From assembly GCF_001049895.1 (NCBI RefSeq), contig NZ_CVPE01000006.1, positions 672,503-704,502 of the forward strand: a stretch of 32,000 bases of DNA. The letters are read 5' to 3'. Under the pieces are notes generated by a model. That model was given only the letters and a program-made list of their open reading frames with translations, searched no databases and had not been told where the DNA came from. The stretch is from Rubeoparvulum massiliense (GTDB lineage: Bacteria; Bacillota; Bacilli; Rubeoparvulales; Rubeoparvulaceae). The position numbers were made by a program, and so were the translations under genes. Positions 1-10,280 of the stretch are shown in pieces (position 1 is the stretch's first letter; each line of letters opens with the position of its first letter).

Positions 1-198
1 CTCTGTATTCACGGTATGGCGGATATAGCAGATATTCATCATCGTCTCGATTCGATTACGAATCTGATTAATCGCTTTTGTCACTGCCAATTGTTCCTCT
101 GCGGTAGTGGCAGCCTGAAACTTGGCAAATGCTGCATTGAACTGTTGCTCCAATTCCGCTAGTTGCGGACGTTCATATGTAAACTGGGCAAACTTCAT
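1..198 (-). CDS. M3 family oligoendopeptidase, N-terminal fragment running off the left edge (paralogue of 679..2379)
   Basis: Not in ORF track. Minus-strand reading gives MKFAQFTYERPQLAELEQQFNAAFAKFQAATTAEEQLAVTKAINQIRNRIETMMNICYIRHTVNTE, closely matching the N-terminus of the 679..2379 protein. An alternative ATG lies at 216. Confidence 0.85.
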   Translation of the reverse strand, partial: MKFAQFTYERPQLAELEQQFNAAFAKFQAATTAEEQLAVTKAINQIRNRIETMMNICYIRHTVNTE

Positions 199-678
199 TC
201 CATTCACATCCTTCATGTATATGTCATTCAAAGCTTATCATCTATCATAATCCTTATTGTGAAGAGGAACAAGAAAGGACGAGCGGAATCAGAACAGATT
301 TATCACTTTCTTACAGTAAGTAGGTAGGACAGATTGGCAATTAACAAGATGACACACATGAGCGTAATTGAAAATAGCTACGAATCTCCCGTTGAATGTG
401 AGTAAAAAACTGCTGCGATTATGGAATAGATAAGGAACGAGTTAAACACATAATAGGCTTTTTGCAGTCCTTGGAATGTAATATGCTTTTCCCCTTCATC
501 AATTGCCTCCGCCAATCCATCTCGGTACGAAATGTCAAGCATCTTCGGTAAATAGCGATTCGATCCACTTCTTCACCTCTAACTGACTTCATGGACATTT
601 ATATTAGAATTATCGTTTAATTAGAGGATTATCGATGCATTCGCCGAATAGAAAAAGATAATAAATGGAAAGGAAGAG

Positions 679-2379
679 ATGAGCATGAAGTTTTCGGAGT
701 TTACATATGAGCGCCTCCAGTTTGAGGAGGTGGCACAAAACTTTCAAGAAGAATTAGAGCGTCTTCGTCAAGCATCATCTGTGGAAGAGCAATTGCTTGT
801 CATCAAGGAGATCAATACCATTCGTAATCGTGTAGAGACGATGATGAGTATCTGTCACATTCGCCATACCATCGACACAAGAGAGTCATTCTATAAGGAA
901 GAGCGAGATTATTGGAATCATGCCCAGCCAAAAATGGAAAGCTTCATCTCTGACTATTACCAAGCCCTCCTTCAGTCTCCTTATCGGTCGGAGCTTGAGG
1001 TCGCACTAGGTAAACAGCTCTTTGCTTTAGCAGAATTAAAATTAAAGACTTTTTCACCTGAAGTGATCGAAGACTTACAGCTGGAGAATAAACTGACCTC
1101 CCAATATACAGAATTGATCGCGTCTGCAAAGATTCCCTTCCAAGGCGAAGAACGGACCTTGGCTCAATTGGGTCCTTTCCTGGAAAACCCTGAGCGACAG
1201 ATCCGCCGTAAAGCCAATGAAGCCTATGCTGGGTTCTTACAGGAACATGGCGCTGAGCTGGATGAAATCTACGATCAGTTGGTGAAACTACGTACCAAAA
1301 TCGCCAAAAAGCTAGGATTCTCCTCGTTTGTTGAATTAGGCTATGCCCGCATGAGTCGCGTCGACTATGACAAGGAGATGGTGGAGAATTACCGTCAGCA
1401 GATTCGCCAATACCTTGTCCCCCTTGTCACCTCCCTTCGTGAACAGCAAGCAAAGCGAATCGGCGTCGATCCACTAAAATTTTATGATGAATCATTCCGT
1501 TTTGCCACCGGCAATCCGACGCCCAAGGGTGACCCCAACTGGATTGTGAAGAATGGCGCTCAGATGTATGGAGAGATGTCCCCTGAAACCAATGAGTTCT
1601 TTCAATTTATGCTAAAACATGAGCTACTTGACCTTGTAGCAAAGCCAGGCAAAGCAGCAGGGGGCTACTGTACAAGTATCAACGATTATAAGGCACCATT
1701 TATCTTTTCCAACTTTAATGGTACCTCCGGCGATATCGATGTGCTTACCCATGAAGCAGGCCATGCCTTCCAAGCCTATATGAGCCGTGATTATGAGATT
1801 CCAGAATATCTCTTTCCTACCTATGAATCCTGTGAGATTCATTCCATGAGTATGGAGTTCTTCGCGTGGCCATGGATGGAGCTCTTCTTTAAAGAAGATA
1901 CAGAGAAGTACTACTACTCTCACCTAACCAGCGCCCTCATCTTCTTACCCTATGGTGTGGCAGTGGATCATTTTCAACATTGGGTCTATGAGCATCCAGA
2001 GGCGACACCGGCTGAGCGTCATGAAGCATGGAAGTCCATGGAGCAGATGTATCTACCCCATCGAGATTATGATGGCATCCCTTATTTTGAGAAGGGAGGC
2101 TTCTGGCAGCGTCAAGCTCATATCTACCGTACACCGTTTTATTACATCGATTACACATTGGCACAGGTATGTGCATTGGAATTTTGGCAGCGTACTCAAG
2201 AGGATCGGGAAGCCGCTTGGACGGATTATGTGGATCTCTGTAAGCAAGGTGGGACGAAACCCTTCCTTGAGTTGGTGAAAGTAGCTGGCCTTCGCTCACC
2301 ATTTGCTGATGGTACCATCGAATCGACACTGAAACCAATTCAGACTTGGTTGGAGCAGATCGATGATCAACAATTCTAA
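679..2379 (+). CDS. pepF: M3 family oligoendopeptidase (PepF-like)
   Basis: 566 aa ORF with the zinc metallopeptidase motif HEAGH (LTHEAGHAFQAY) and overall M3 family character; RBS-like GGAAGAGATG upstream. Confidence 0.9.
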   Translation: MSMKFSEFTYERLQFEEVAQNFQEELERLRQASSVEEQLLVIKEINTIRNRVETMMSICHIRHTIDTRESFYKEERDYWNHAQPKMESFISDYYQALLQSPYRSELEVALGKQLFALAELKLKTFSPEVIEDLQLENKLTSQYTELIASAKIPFQGEERTLAQLGPFLENPERQIRRKANEAYAGFLQEHGAELDEIYDQLVKLRTKIAKKLGFSSFVELGYARMSRVDYDKEMVENYRQQIRQYLVPLVTSLREQQAKRIGVDPLKFYDESFRFATGNPTPKGDPNWIVKNGAQMYGEMSPETNEFFQFMLKHELLDLVAKPGKAAGGYCTSINDYKAPFIFSNFNGTSGDIDVLTHEAGHAFQAYMSRDYEIPEYLFPTYESCEIHSMSMEFFAWPWMELFFKEDTEKYYYSHLTSALIFLPYGVAVDHFQHWVYEHPEATPAERHEAWKSMEQMYLPHRDYDGIPYFEKGGFWQRQAHIYRTPFYYIDYTLAQVCALEFWQRTQEDREAAWTDYVDLCKQGGTKPFLELVKVAGLRSPFADGTIESTLKPIQTWLEQIDDQQF

Positions 2380-2439
2380 GCTGAACTGCTTAGCTTGGTA
2401 ACACCACAACAAGCATTTAGCTACACATATAAATAGTAG

Positions 2440-2474
2440 CAACCCCGATTCAATTAGGATATGAATCGGGGTTG
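2440..2474. terminator. Inverted repeat CAACCCCGATTC...GAATCGGGGTTG (12 bp perfect stem)
   Basis: Seen in sequence just downstream of the peptidase ORF; no strong T tract. Confidence 0.5.
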
Positions 2475-2484
2475 CCTGATCAGC

Positions 2485-2518
2485 AAAGGGCTGTGCAATT
2501 TCAACGCCACAGCCCTTT
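2485..2518. terminator. Bidirectional terminator-like hairpin between convergent pepF and efp (AAAGGGCTGTG...CACAGCCCTTT)
   Basis: Perfect 11 bp stem in the convergent intergenic region. Confidence 0.65.
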
Positions 2519-2559
2519 GCTTTTGATCCCTATGTTTTTCAGCAATGCTACGGATATTA

Positions 2560-3123
2560 CTATTTGTTTGCACGGGAGACATATTCGCCTGTACGAGTAT
2601 CAATAAGGAGAATATCACCGACGTTAACAAAGAAGGGAACTTGAAGTTTATAACCTGTATCAGTCGTTGCTGGTTTTGAACCACCAGTAGCGGTATCACC
2701 TTTAATACCAGGTTCTGTCTCAACCACTTCCAACTCGACGGTGTTTGGTAATTCGATTCCGAGCATTTCACCCTTATAGGTCATTACCTTCACTTCCATA
2801 TTCTCCTTGAGGAAGTTCAATTCTTCTTCGATTTGAGCACGATTTAATTCAATCTGCTCATAGCTCTCCATATTCATAAAGGTGAATACATCACCGGCAC
2901 TGTATAAGTATTGATACTTATACGTCTCAACTGTAGCTTGCTCCAATTTTTCACCCGCACGGAAGGTTTTCTCTTGTAATTGCCCCGTCTTTAAATTGCG
3001 TAGCTTGGAACGAACAAAAGCAGCACCTTTCCCTGGTTTTACGTGTTGAAATTCGACGACCTGCCATGGCATGCCATCCATTTCAATCGTTAATCCTGTA
3101 CGAAAATCATTAGAAGTAATCAT
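2560..3123 (-). CDS. efp: Elongation factor P
   Basis: [47 protein letters not shown]..., canonical EF-P with PGKGAAF loop. Confidence 0.98.
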   Translation of the reverse strand: MITSNDFRTGLTIEMDGMPWQVVEFQHVKPGKGAAFVRSKLRNLKTGQLQEKTFRAGEKLEQATVETYKYQYLYSAGDVFTFMNMESYEQIELNRAQIEEELNFLKENMEVKVMTYKGEMLGIELPNTVELEVVETEPGIKGDTATGGSKPATTDTGYKLQVPFFVNVGDILLIDTRTGEYVSRANK

Positions 3124-3172
3124 ACCGTTCCTCCTGTCTGATCAAGTTCCATCTTTTAATATACCCTGTTTT

Positions 3173-4243
3173 TTAATCGAGGACAATCAATTCCTTGGGA
3201 GAATGAACAATGATCTCGTTCCCGTCCTTTGTAATCACAATATCATCTTCGATCCGTACACCGCCAACACCTGGAACATAGATCCCTGGTTCGACGGTTA
3301 CCACCATGCCAGGTTGAAGCTCAACTTCGGAGCGGAAGGATAACCCGGGACCTTCATGGACCTCAAGACCAATGGCATGCCCTGTACTATGACCAAAGTA
3401 TTCACCATAGCCTGCTTCATCAATGATCGTTCGGCAGATGGCGTCTGCTTCTTTCCCGGTCATGCCCGCCCGAATCTGCTCGACCCCTGCTAATTGTGCT
3501 TGACGAACAATTTCATAGATCTTACGTAATTCTTCCCCAGGCTCGCCGATGGCGAAGGTACGGGTCACATCAGAGATATATCCCTCATAAATGGCACCAA
3601 AATCGATGGTGATCATATCCCCTTTTTCGATAACCTTCTTGGATGCCACACCATGTGGTAAAGCAGAGCGCAGACCAGAAGCGACAATGGTGTCAAATGA
3701 AGCACCAGAGGCTCCCAACTTCCGCATGGTAAATTCCAATTCATTCTTCACTTCAATCTCCGTCATGCCAGGCTTAATCCATGTTAGCAGATGGGCGAAT
3801 GCATCGTCGGCGATTTTGGCAGCATGACGGATCAGTTGAAGCTCCTCTTCATCCTTAAACATCCGTAGCTCTTCCACCAGGTTGCTGGTGGGAGTTAAGG
3901 TAAAGCCAGCCAGTTTTTCAACGAGGGTTTGGTACTCCCCATAGGTGACATGGTTCTGCTCGAAGCCCACATTGACTGCTTGATTCTTTTTAAGAACCTC
4001 TGCGACAGTTTCGAAAACTTTTCCTTCATGATTGACGATGGAAAATCCCTGACATTGTTGCTTCGCTTGTTCCACATAGCGGAAGTCAGTTATGAAGACA
4101 GCATCCTGCTTCGTAATGACCACATAACCCGCTGTTCCTGTGAAATAGGAGAGATAACGGCGGTTATATGGACTATAAGCCAATAATGCATCTAGATTGT
4201 GTTTATCTAGAACCTTGCGTAATTTTACAACACGTTGATTCAA
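3173..4243 (-). CDS. M24 family Xaa-Pro aminopeptidase/dipeptidase (YqhT-like)
   Basis: HSTGHAIGLEVHEGP and TVEPGIYVPGVGGVRIEDD M24 metal-binding motifs; located next to efp as in Bacillus. Confidence 0.93.
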   Translation of the reverse strand: MNQRVVKLRKVLDKHNLDALLAYSPYNRRYLSYFTGTAGYVVITKQDAVFITDFRYVEQAKQQCQGFSIVNHEGKVFETVAEVLKKNQAVNVGFEQNHVTYGEYQTLVEKLAGFTLTPTSNLVEELRMFKDEEELQLIRHAAKIADDAFAHLLTWIKPGMTEIEVKNELEFTMRKLGASGASFDTIVASGLRSALPHGVASKKVIEKGDMITIDFGAIYEGYISDVTRTFAIGEPGEELRKIYEIVRQAQLAGVEQIRAGMTGKEADAICRTIIDEAGYGEYFGHSTGHAIGLEVHEGPGLSFRSEVELQPGMVVTVEPGIYVPGVGGVRIEDDIVITKDGNEIIVHSPKELIVLD

Positions 4244-4273
4244 GCTCTTCCACTCCTCTCAATTCTTCCTGCT

Positions 4274-4714
4274 CTATCTTTGCGTACGGAGGTGATGTAG
4301 CAATGCTAAGAGGGCTAATTCATAGCCATACCAACCCATTCCACTAATCTGTCCTATCACCACAGGCGCAATCACCGACTGATGACGGAATGATTCCCGT
4401 TGATAAATATTACTGATATGTACTTCTACGGTAGGGGTATTGATACTGGCTAGTGCATCACGAATGGCATAATTATAGTGTGTCCATGCTCCTGGATTAA
4501 TAATTATTCCGTCTGCTTCCTCATGAGCATGATGAATCATCTCGATCATTTCACCCTCATGGTTGGTCTGAAATGGGATAATCTCCACATCATGTTGGAT
4601 TCCTACATGGAGCATATGCTGGTTGATCTCATCCAGCGTTATGCTCCCATACACCTCTGGTTCTCGTATGCTAAGTAGGTTGAGATTAGGACCATGTAAT
4701 AGGAATAGTTTCAT
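4274..4714 (-). CDS. aroQ: Type II 3-dehydroquinate dehydratase
   Basis: LHGPNLNLLSIREPEVYG, IINPGAWTHYNYAIRDA, EVHISNI motifs. Confidence 0.95.
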   Translation of the reverse strand: MKLFLLHGPNLNLLSIREPEVYGSITLDEINQHMLHVGIQHDVEIIPFQTNHEGEMIEMIHHAHEEADGIIINPGAWTHYNYAIRDALASINTPTVEVHISNIYQRESFRHQSVIAPVVIGQISGMGWYGYELALLALLHHLRTQR

Positions 4715-4836
4715 AGCATCACATCCTCCCTATATGGAATGTATTGTATCATATTTACTGTTGGAAATAACAGAGTTCCTGAAGATGAAGAAAGACCAAA
4801 GTAGCCACCTTGGTCTTCGTTCTATGCAATATATTT

Positions 4837-5190
4837 TTACTTTTGCTCTGCGAGCCATGCAGCCATTGCTTGTAGCTCTTCATCAGTGAAATTACCTTTT
4901 TGAGCAGGCATCGCACCACGACCATCACGAATGACTTGGTAAATTTCATCTTGAGAGAGACGAGAGCCTACATCATTCAAGGCTGGCATAGCACCTTGAC
5001 CTTCTAAGTTACCACCGTGACAACCAAGGCAAGAACTGCCTTTTACCAATTTTTCACCATCGAGTGCTGTTGCAGGAGCTGAAGTCTCAGTTTGTGGAGC
5101 ATCTGTTGCTTTATCTCCGCCAGAGGAACAGGCTGATAACAGTCCGATGGAAAGAATGAGGGCAAAACAGGTAAGCAATACTTTTTTCAT
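4837..5190 (-). CDS. Lipoprotein c-type cytochrome (c551/CccB-like)
   Basis: Lipobox LSAC, single heme motif CLGCH and distal Met region; start at MKKVLLTCF preceded by GGAGGTGAC. Confidence 0.88.
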   Translation of the reverse strand: MKKVLLTCFALILSIGLLSACSSGGDKATDAPQTETSAPATALDGEKLVKGSSCLGCHGGNLEGQGAMPALNDVGSRLSQDEIYQVIRDGRGAMPAQKGNFTDEELQAMAAWLAEQK

Positions 5191-5358
5191 CTTGTCACCT
5201 CCTTCCACTCACCTGTATATCTTATCAGGATTTACCTTCACAAAAAAGACATAAAGGCTTGTGTTCACAGGTTTGTCACACATTCATTCACCCCTACATA
5301 CCCTGTACCATACATGAAGTACTAGGGGAGGTAGGCGCTTATCGAACAACTGCCTTCA

Positions 5359-6462
5359 TTGCTTTGTCGTATTGGACAAAAGAATTTTGCAACACAGAGT
5401 ACACGAATTATTCTCCATGTTCCACAGCGCTCCCTTTATCAGGAATGCTGTCATGCACTACAAACTGCGCGAATCGGCTATAAGCCTTATTTCTATTTCA
5501 ATATGATCCTCCTACCTGTGAAGGAAGAGAGTCTCTTACGTCTGATTCGCAAGCATGCAGAGGTTGGCGTGGTGGAGCTCGACCAGCCTGTTCATCATGC
5601 ACCGATCCGGTCAGGAGGCGCGCAAAATCAAGACCCCCTATGGAATCTGAAAGCCATCGATGCCCTCTCATTACCTATCAATCAATTACCTTATCGCCCC
5701 AAAATCGGCGTCATCGATACGGGTATCAGCTCACATCGAGATTTAACCGTCCTACGCAAATGGGGACGAAATTTTGTCACTCCCCATGGAAGAACCTATG
5801 ATGATAATGGTCATGGCACCCATGTAGCAGGTATCATTGCAGCAAAGCGTGGTCCTCGCGATAGCTTTGGTGTTGCCCGTGGCTTTCCCCTCATCCCCTT
5901 GAAGGCATTTAATGATCAAGGCATGGCTTTTACCTCAGACATTATTGCAAGCATTGAATATGCCATTCGTCATCGTATTAAGATCCTAAACATGAGCTTT
6001 GGTTTTGAACGGACACAGGCTTCCATGCATCAAGCCATCCGTGCTGCTTATCAAAATGGGATGATCATGGTAACCGCTGCTGGTAACACAGGGCGACAAG
6101 GAGTGGATTATCCTGCCCGTTACCCAGAGACCATCACCGTAACCTCCATGAATCAACAGCATACCATCTCAACCTTCTCAAGCTTTGGCGGACAGGTAGA
6201 TCTTGCTGCTCCTGGAGAAGGAATTATCTCCACCTGGCGTCATCATCGCTATCAAACGCTGAGCGGTACCTCCATGGCGGCTGCCCATGTGTCAGGTGTA
6301 ATCGCTCTACTCTGTGCTCGCTATCCCAAGCTAACCTCACAGGAAGCGCTGCATATTTTAAAACGAACAGCCCATCCTCTCCCCCACATGAGCCACCTAC
6401 GACAGGGAGCAGGAGTCGTTCAAGCGAAAAGTGCTCTTCAATATTTAGAACAGATCCTTTAA
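5359..6462 (+). CDS. S8 family subtilisin-like serine protease (start codon uncertain)
   Basis: Catalytic triad motifs IGVIDTGI, GHGTHVAGI and LSGTSMAAAHVSG. Only TTG or rarer starts fit the available RBS. Confidence 0.92.
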   Translation: MLCRIGQKNFATQSTRIILHVPQRSLYQECCHALQTARIGYKPYFYFNMILLPVKEESLLRLIRKHAEVGVVELDQPVHHAPIRSGGAQNQDPLWNLKAIDALSLPINQLPYRPKIGVIDTGISSHRDLTVLRKWGRNFVTPHGRTYDDNGHGTHVAGIIAAKRGPRDSFGVARGFPLIPLKAFNDQGMAFTSDIIASIEYAIRHRIKILNMSFGFERTQASMHQAIRAAYQNGMIMVTAAGNTGRQGVDYPARYPETITVTSMNQQHTISTFSSFGGQVDLAAPGEGIISTWRHHRYQTLSGTSMAAAHVSGVIALLCARYPKLTSQEALHILKRTAHPLPHMSHLRQGAGVVQAKSALQYLEQIL

Positions 6463-6475
6463 AATCAAGCTATAC

Positions 6476-6508
6476 ATTGAAAAAACACTCTCATGGGTGT
6501 TTATTTTT
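6476..6508 (+). terminator. Short hairpin plus T-run after the S8 protease gene
   Basis: AAAAACACtctcatgggTGTTTATTTTT. Confidence 0.55.
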
Positions 6509-6557
6509 CTATTGATATAGTAAAATATAGTTAAAGTAAAAAGGTTGGTGATATCGT

Positions 6558-7496
6558 TTGGCCAAGCAACCAGTAGCGTATGGAGGACAGGCCGTCATCG
6601 AAGGCGTGATGTTTGGTGGAAAGCATTCTACAGTAACAGCCATTCGCCGAAAGGATCGGTCCATCGAATATTTTTCATTACCTAAAAAAAGTTATAAAGG
6701 CTGGTATGCCAAAGCGCGAAAAATTCCATTCCTCCGAGGAATTTTTGGGATTATCGAAGCCAGTGCCAACGGCTCAAAGCATCTTAATTTTGCAGCAGAA
6801 CGCTATGACGTTGAGCCTGGTGAAGAGGAGTATACACCGCAGGAATCATCAAAACTGGTAGAAATCTTGGGAATTGCTGTGGTTGGGGTTCTTTCCTTCT
6901 TCTTTGGTAAGCTTTTATTTACTGTGGTTCCCGCTTTACTAGAGGAGTATCTCTTTCGTACCTTTCCCCTCAGCTTTGTCATTCATAATTTGATTGAGGG
7001 TGGTATCAAAATTATCCTGCTCCTGATCTATCTATTTGCCATCAGTCGTACACCCATTATAAAACGACTCTTTCAATATCATGGGGCTGAGCATAAGGTG
7101 ATCAATGCTTTTGAGGCAGGGAAGGATCTGACCGTAGCCAATGTCCAAGCAGCAAGTCGCCTTCACTACCGCTGTGGCAGTAGCTTCATCATTTTTAGTG
7201 TACTTGTGGGTGTAGCGATCTACTCCTTCTTTGAATGGGATAGTACTTGGGAACGGATCTGGATCCGCATCCTCTTGATTCCTGTAGTACTTGGTGTATC
7301 CTATGAGGTCTTACAATTAACCAATAAAGTGCGGGATATCCAAGGATTACAGTGGCTAGGATATCCTGGCCTCTGGCTCCAATATCTAACCACTAGTGAA
7401 CCTACCGATGACCAAGTAGAGGTATCTATCGCCTCATTCAACAAAATGAGACAAATGGAAATGGAGTATGATGCAGATAATACATTCGTTATCTGA
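6558..7496 (+). CDS. yqhQ: DUF1385 membrane protein (YqhQ-like)
   Basis: VAYGGQAVIEGVMFGGKHS and QYHGAEHKVINAFEAG motifs typical of the DUF1385 family. Confidence 0.92.
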   Translation: MAKQPVAYGGQAVIEGVMFGGKHSTVTAIRRKDRSIEYFSLPKKSYKGWYAKARKIPFLRGIFGIIEASANGSKHLNFAAERYDVEPGEEEYTPQESSKLVEILGIAVVGVLSFFFGKLLFTVVPALLEEYLFRTFPLSFVIHNLIEGGIKIILLLIYLFAISRTPIIKRLFQYHGAEHKVINAFEAGKDLTVANVQAASRLHYRCGSSFIIFSVLVGVAIYSFFEWDSTWERIWIRILLIPVVLGVSYEVLQLTNKVRDIQGLQWLGYPGLWLQYLTTSEPTDDQVEVSIASFNKMRQMEMEYDADNTFVI

Positions 7497-7505
7497 GTAA
7501 AGGAG

Positions 7506-7820
7506 TTGGACAGTATGGGTAAGAAAAATCAAGTTTTCTTGGCCATCCTTCTCATTCTCTCTGCTTTCGGACTGATTTGGACATTGATCTATGATGCAAA
7601 ATCTCTCCTTATCCAAATCACAGCCATCCTCACTGCCTTCGCCTTGCTCTATTTAATCTTTCGCAGTCAGAATAAGCGACCATTTCACAAAACTGACCCT
7701 TATAATGCTGCACTTCGGCGTCAACAGAAAAAAACGCATACTCACAAGGAGCATGTCGCAAGAAGCAGAAAAAGGACAAAAGAGTATCCCTTCAAAGTGA
7801 TTGATGGAAACAAAAAATAA
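7506..7820 (+). CDS. Small two-TM protein, YqhP/SA1362-like
   Basis: Two TM segments then a basic tail; position between YqhQ and YqhO homologues. Confidence 0.7.
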   Translation: MDSMGKKNQVFLAILLILSAFGLIWTLIYDAKSLLIQITAILTAFALLYLIFRSQNKRPFHKTDPYNAALRRQQKKTHTHKEHVARSRKRTKEYPFKVIDGNKK

Positions 7821-7848
7821 CGCAGAGGTGAATATTCATCTCTGCGTT
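7819..7848. terminator. Bidirectional terminator between convergent yqhP- and yqhO-like genes
   Basis: Perfect stem AACGCAGAG...CTCTGCGTT filling the 30 bp gap. Confidence 0.75.
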
Positions 7849-7850
7849 TC

Positions 7851-8777
7851 TTATACTGGACGGTAGCGCTCTTCCTGCCGCGCTTGGTAAACTGGAAAAG
7901 ACCAGTCGAACAAAAATCGTTCCGCTGCTTCCCTCCCCTGTTCAATCAGCCAATGCTGCTCCTCCTCACTCAAGCTAAACTGTGTTGCACGAATCGAACC
8001 TGTAGGAATAAAGATGGTCCGCAACGCATCCATGGACTGTACATACCGTTCATCATGTGCATCACGCATGGTGGCGAGAATTGCCTTCATGTAGGAGAAG
8101 AAGTGGGTAATACGCATGGTGGAATTGGGCGCTGATCCCTTCGTGGCAACACGAAAGCCAAAGGTTGGCCAACGAGGCTTCGTAGGCTGATCAAATAACC
8201 AAACGGGGTAGTTGCTGGTCACTCCTCCATCTACCAGCCAATTTACCTGACCTTCTAGTTTTAGTGGTACAGGCTCAAAGAAAAAGGGAAGGGCGCAGCT
8301 AATGCGAATGGCAAAGGCTACAGAGATCTCTCCTGGTTCCTTCCCTATTTTGAGCAGATCATCTGGCCAGACCATCATTTGCTGAGTAGAAATATTGGAG
8401 ATGATCACCTTCAATCGATCAGGTGGTAGATCGGCAAATGTCTGGATTCCCTTGTGCATTAGATGCTGATTAAGCCAATTCTCTAAGCCAGTTCCCTTAT
8501 AGATACCCTTCTTGACCAACAGACGAAGATTCTTACCGAGATAGGGTACATAATGAATCCATTCCTTTTTAAGCAGCTGTGGTAACTGTAATTGGCTCAT
8601 AATCTTTTCTAGTTCTTTCCCGTTATACCCTGCTGCTAACATGCCTGCCACAATGGACCCTGAACTGGTTCCAGCCAAACGATGCCAATGAAAGCCTGCA
8701 TGCTCTAGCATTTGTACTGCACCTACAAATGCGATTCCCCGTACACCTCCCCCTTCAAAGACAGCATCCACCTTCAA
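7851..8777 (-). CDS. Patatin-like phospholipase (YqhO-like)
   Basis: GGGVRGIAF, GTSSGS and DGG motifs. Confidence 0.92.
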   Translation of the reverse strand: MKVDAVFEGGGVRGIAFVGAVQMLEHAGFHWHRLAGTSSGSIVAGMLAAGYNGKELEKIMSQLQLPQLLKKEWIHYVPYLGKNLRLLVKKGIYKGTGLENWLNQHLMHKGIQTFADLPPDRLKVIISNISTQQMMVWPDDLLKIGKEPGEISVAFAIRISCALPFFFEPVPLKLEGQVNWLVDGGVTSNYPVWLFDQPTKPRWPTFGFRVATKGSAPNSTMRITHFFSYMKAILATMRDAHDERYVQSMDALRTIFIPTGSIRATQFSLSEEEQHWLIEQGREAAERFLFDWSFPVYQARQEERYRPV

Positions 8778-8830
8778 TGGTACGCCCCCTCCCCTACGCC
8801 TTACTACTATTTATGTAGGTGGAGGTAAGT

Positions 8831-9868
8831 TCATGTAAAATACTCAGTCACTGCCTCAGGAAAGTAAGCTTGAATCTGTCCACGAAAAAACTCCTCTAGC
8901 TCATGTAGATCTTGTTTAGGATACATATACTTAACGCGTCCATAACGTCCCCACTTCTTCTCCCGCTCCTCTTCATTCATCTCCAGTGAGGTCCTGGGAT
9001 AGTGCTGAAGAATAATATTCTTCGCTGTCATGGTATAGCGATGGCTGATCAATTCGAAGGTGATCGGTTCCACCACCTGTGCTTGCAGCTGTTCTGCCAT
9101 TTTCTCGAACATCTCTGTATAAGCGTCACGCCATTCGGGAAAGCGGAAGATCGGGGCAATTATAAAACCCAGTGGATAACCTGCTTGCGCCACTTGATTA
9201 GCCGCAGCGATACGCTGTTCCAAGGAGGAAGTATTGGGCTCGAACTGCTTCGTAATCGTGGCAGCATTCATACTGAAGCGAAAGCGAGTATGCCCTTGAT
9301 GTTCAATCCTTAATAATGGTTCCACCCAATGATACTTCGTGACAAAGCGGAGACGGCCCAAAGGCTGCTCAGCGAAGAACTGAATAGCCTTAGCCAAGTT
9401 ACCAGTAAGATGCTCAAGACTTAAGGGATCTGAGGTACATGCCGCTTCGAAGCGCGTCACCTCTGGTGCCCGTTCGTTGATGTACTTCGCCGCTTGTTCC
9501 AAGATTTCATCGGTGTTCACATAGATCCGAAGATAGGGCTTCTTACCCATGGTGGACTGAAGATAGCAATAATGACAGTGACCCATACAGCCTGTAGCAA
9601 GAGGAAGTGCATATTCAGCTGAAGGTAAGGAGGGTTCGAATTTGAGGGTATGACGTACACCGATGACCAGCGTACGTTTTGCATTACGATACTGTTCTAA
9701 TTCTGTCTCACCTGGAATTCCTCGTACCTGGTTATGCGAGGTGGTTTTCTGAATGGGGATATTGAGCTTACGGAAGTATTGGTAGAGCTCCTTCCCTAAG
9801 GGATACTCTAAGCTGGCTGGCTCAAAGAAAACCCGGTCTGGTTGAAATGGAAGTCTCACTCTATCCAC
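8831..9868 (-). CDS. splB: Spore photoproduct lyase (radical SAM)
   Basis: Radical-SAM cluster CMGHCHYCYLQ and overall SPL sequence. Confidence 0.95.
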   Translation of the reverse strand: MDRVRLPFQPDRVFFEPASLEYPLGKELYQYFRKLNIPIQKTTSHNQVRGIPGETELEQYRNAKRTLVIGVRHTLKFEPSLPSAEYALPLATGCMGHCHYCYLQSTMGKKPYLRIYVNTDEILEQAAKYINERAPEVTRFEAACTSDPLSLEHLTGNLAKAIQFFAEQPLGRLRFVTKYHWVEPLLRIEHQGHTRFRFSMNAATITKQFEPNTSSLEQRIAAANQVAQAGYPLGFIIAPIFRFPEWRDAYTEMFEKMAEQLQAQVVEPITFELISHRYTMTAKNIILQHYPRTSLEMNEEEREKKWGRYGRVKYMYPKQDLHELEEFFRGQIQAYFPEAVTEYFT

Positions 9869-10057
9869 TCCTTTTACCCTTTATGTTAATTGGTGATGTG
9901 CTTGTACTTCATAGTAGGATTAGGTCTTCCCCTACATCATCACCTTCATACATAATCAGCACTCCCAGATTTGGGCTAGGGATTGGGCGTTTGTCTCATG
10001 GCTAATTGGGTAAATCCCACATAAATTGATAGTGGAAATGCGAAAGGAGGGAAGGAT

Positions 10058-10156
10058 ATGTCAGCTTGTGGAGGCGGAGGTTATGGCGGAGGGTTTACTC
10101 TCATCTTGGTTCTATTCATCCTGTTAGTGATTATCGGTGCATCACTATATGCCTAA
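10058..10156 (+). CDS. YjcZ-family small sporulation peptide (32 aa)
   Basis: Not in ORF track. MSACGGGGYGGGFTLILVLFILLVIIGASLYA with GAAAGGAGGG RBS 8 nt upstream. Confidence 0.88.
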   Translation: MSACGGGGYGGGFTLILVLFILLVIIGASLYA

Positions 10157-10229
10157 TGGAGCTGGATGAACATAAGGGCGGCTGTATAGCTGCCCTATTT
10201 CATTGATCCTAAAAAAGCGGTCAAAAAAA

Positions 10230-10253
10230 CAGCTTCAGATGATTCTGAAGCTG
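10230..10253 (-). terminator. Rho-independent terminator of the csp gene
   Basis: CAGCTTCAGatgattCTGAAGCTG flanked by A/T runs on both sides. Confidence 0.8.
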
Positions 10254-10280
10254 TTTTATACGTTAGTATTCAAACTCGGC

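Noticed and set aside
1952-2278. Antisense ORFs inside the M3 peptidase (e.g. 1937..2338 minus, 1624..1923 minus)
   Set aside because: No RBS support and no recognisable domain; the sense strand encodes a clear full-length enzyme.
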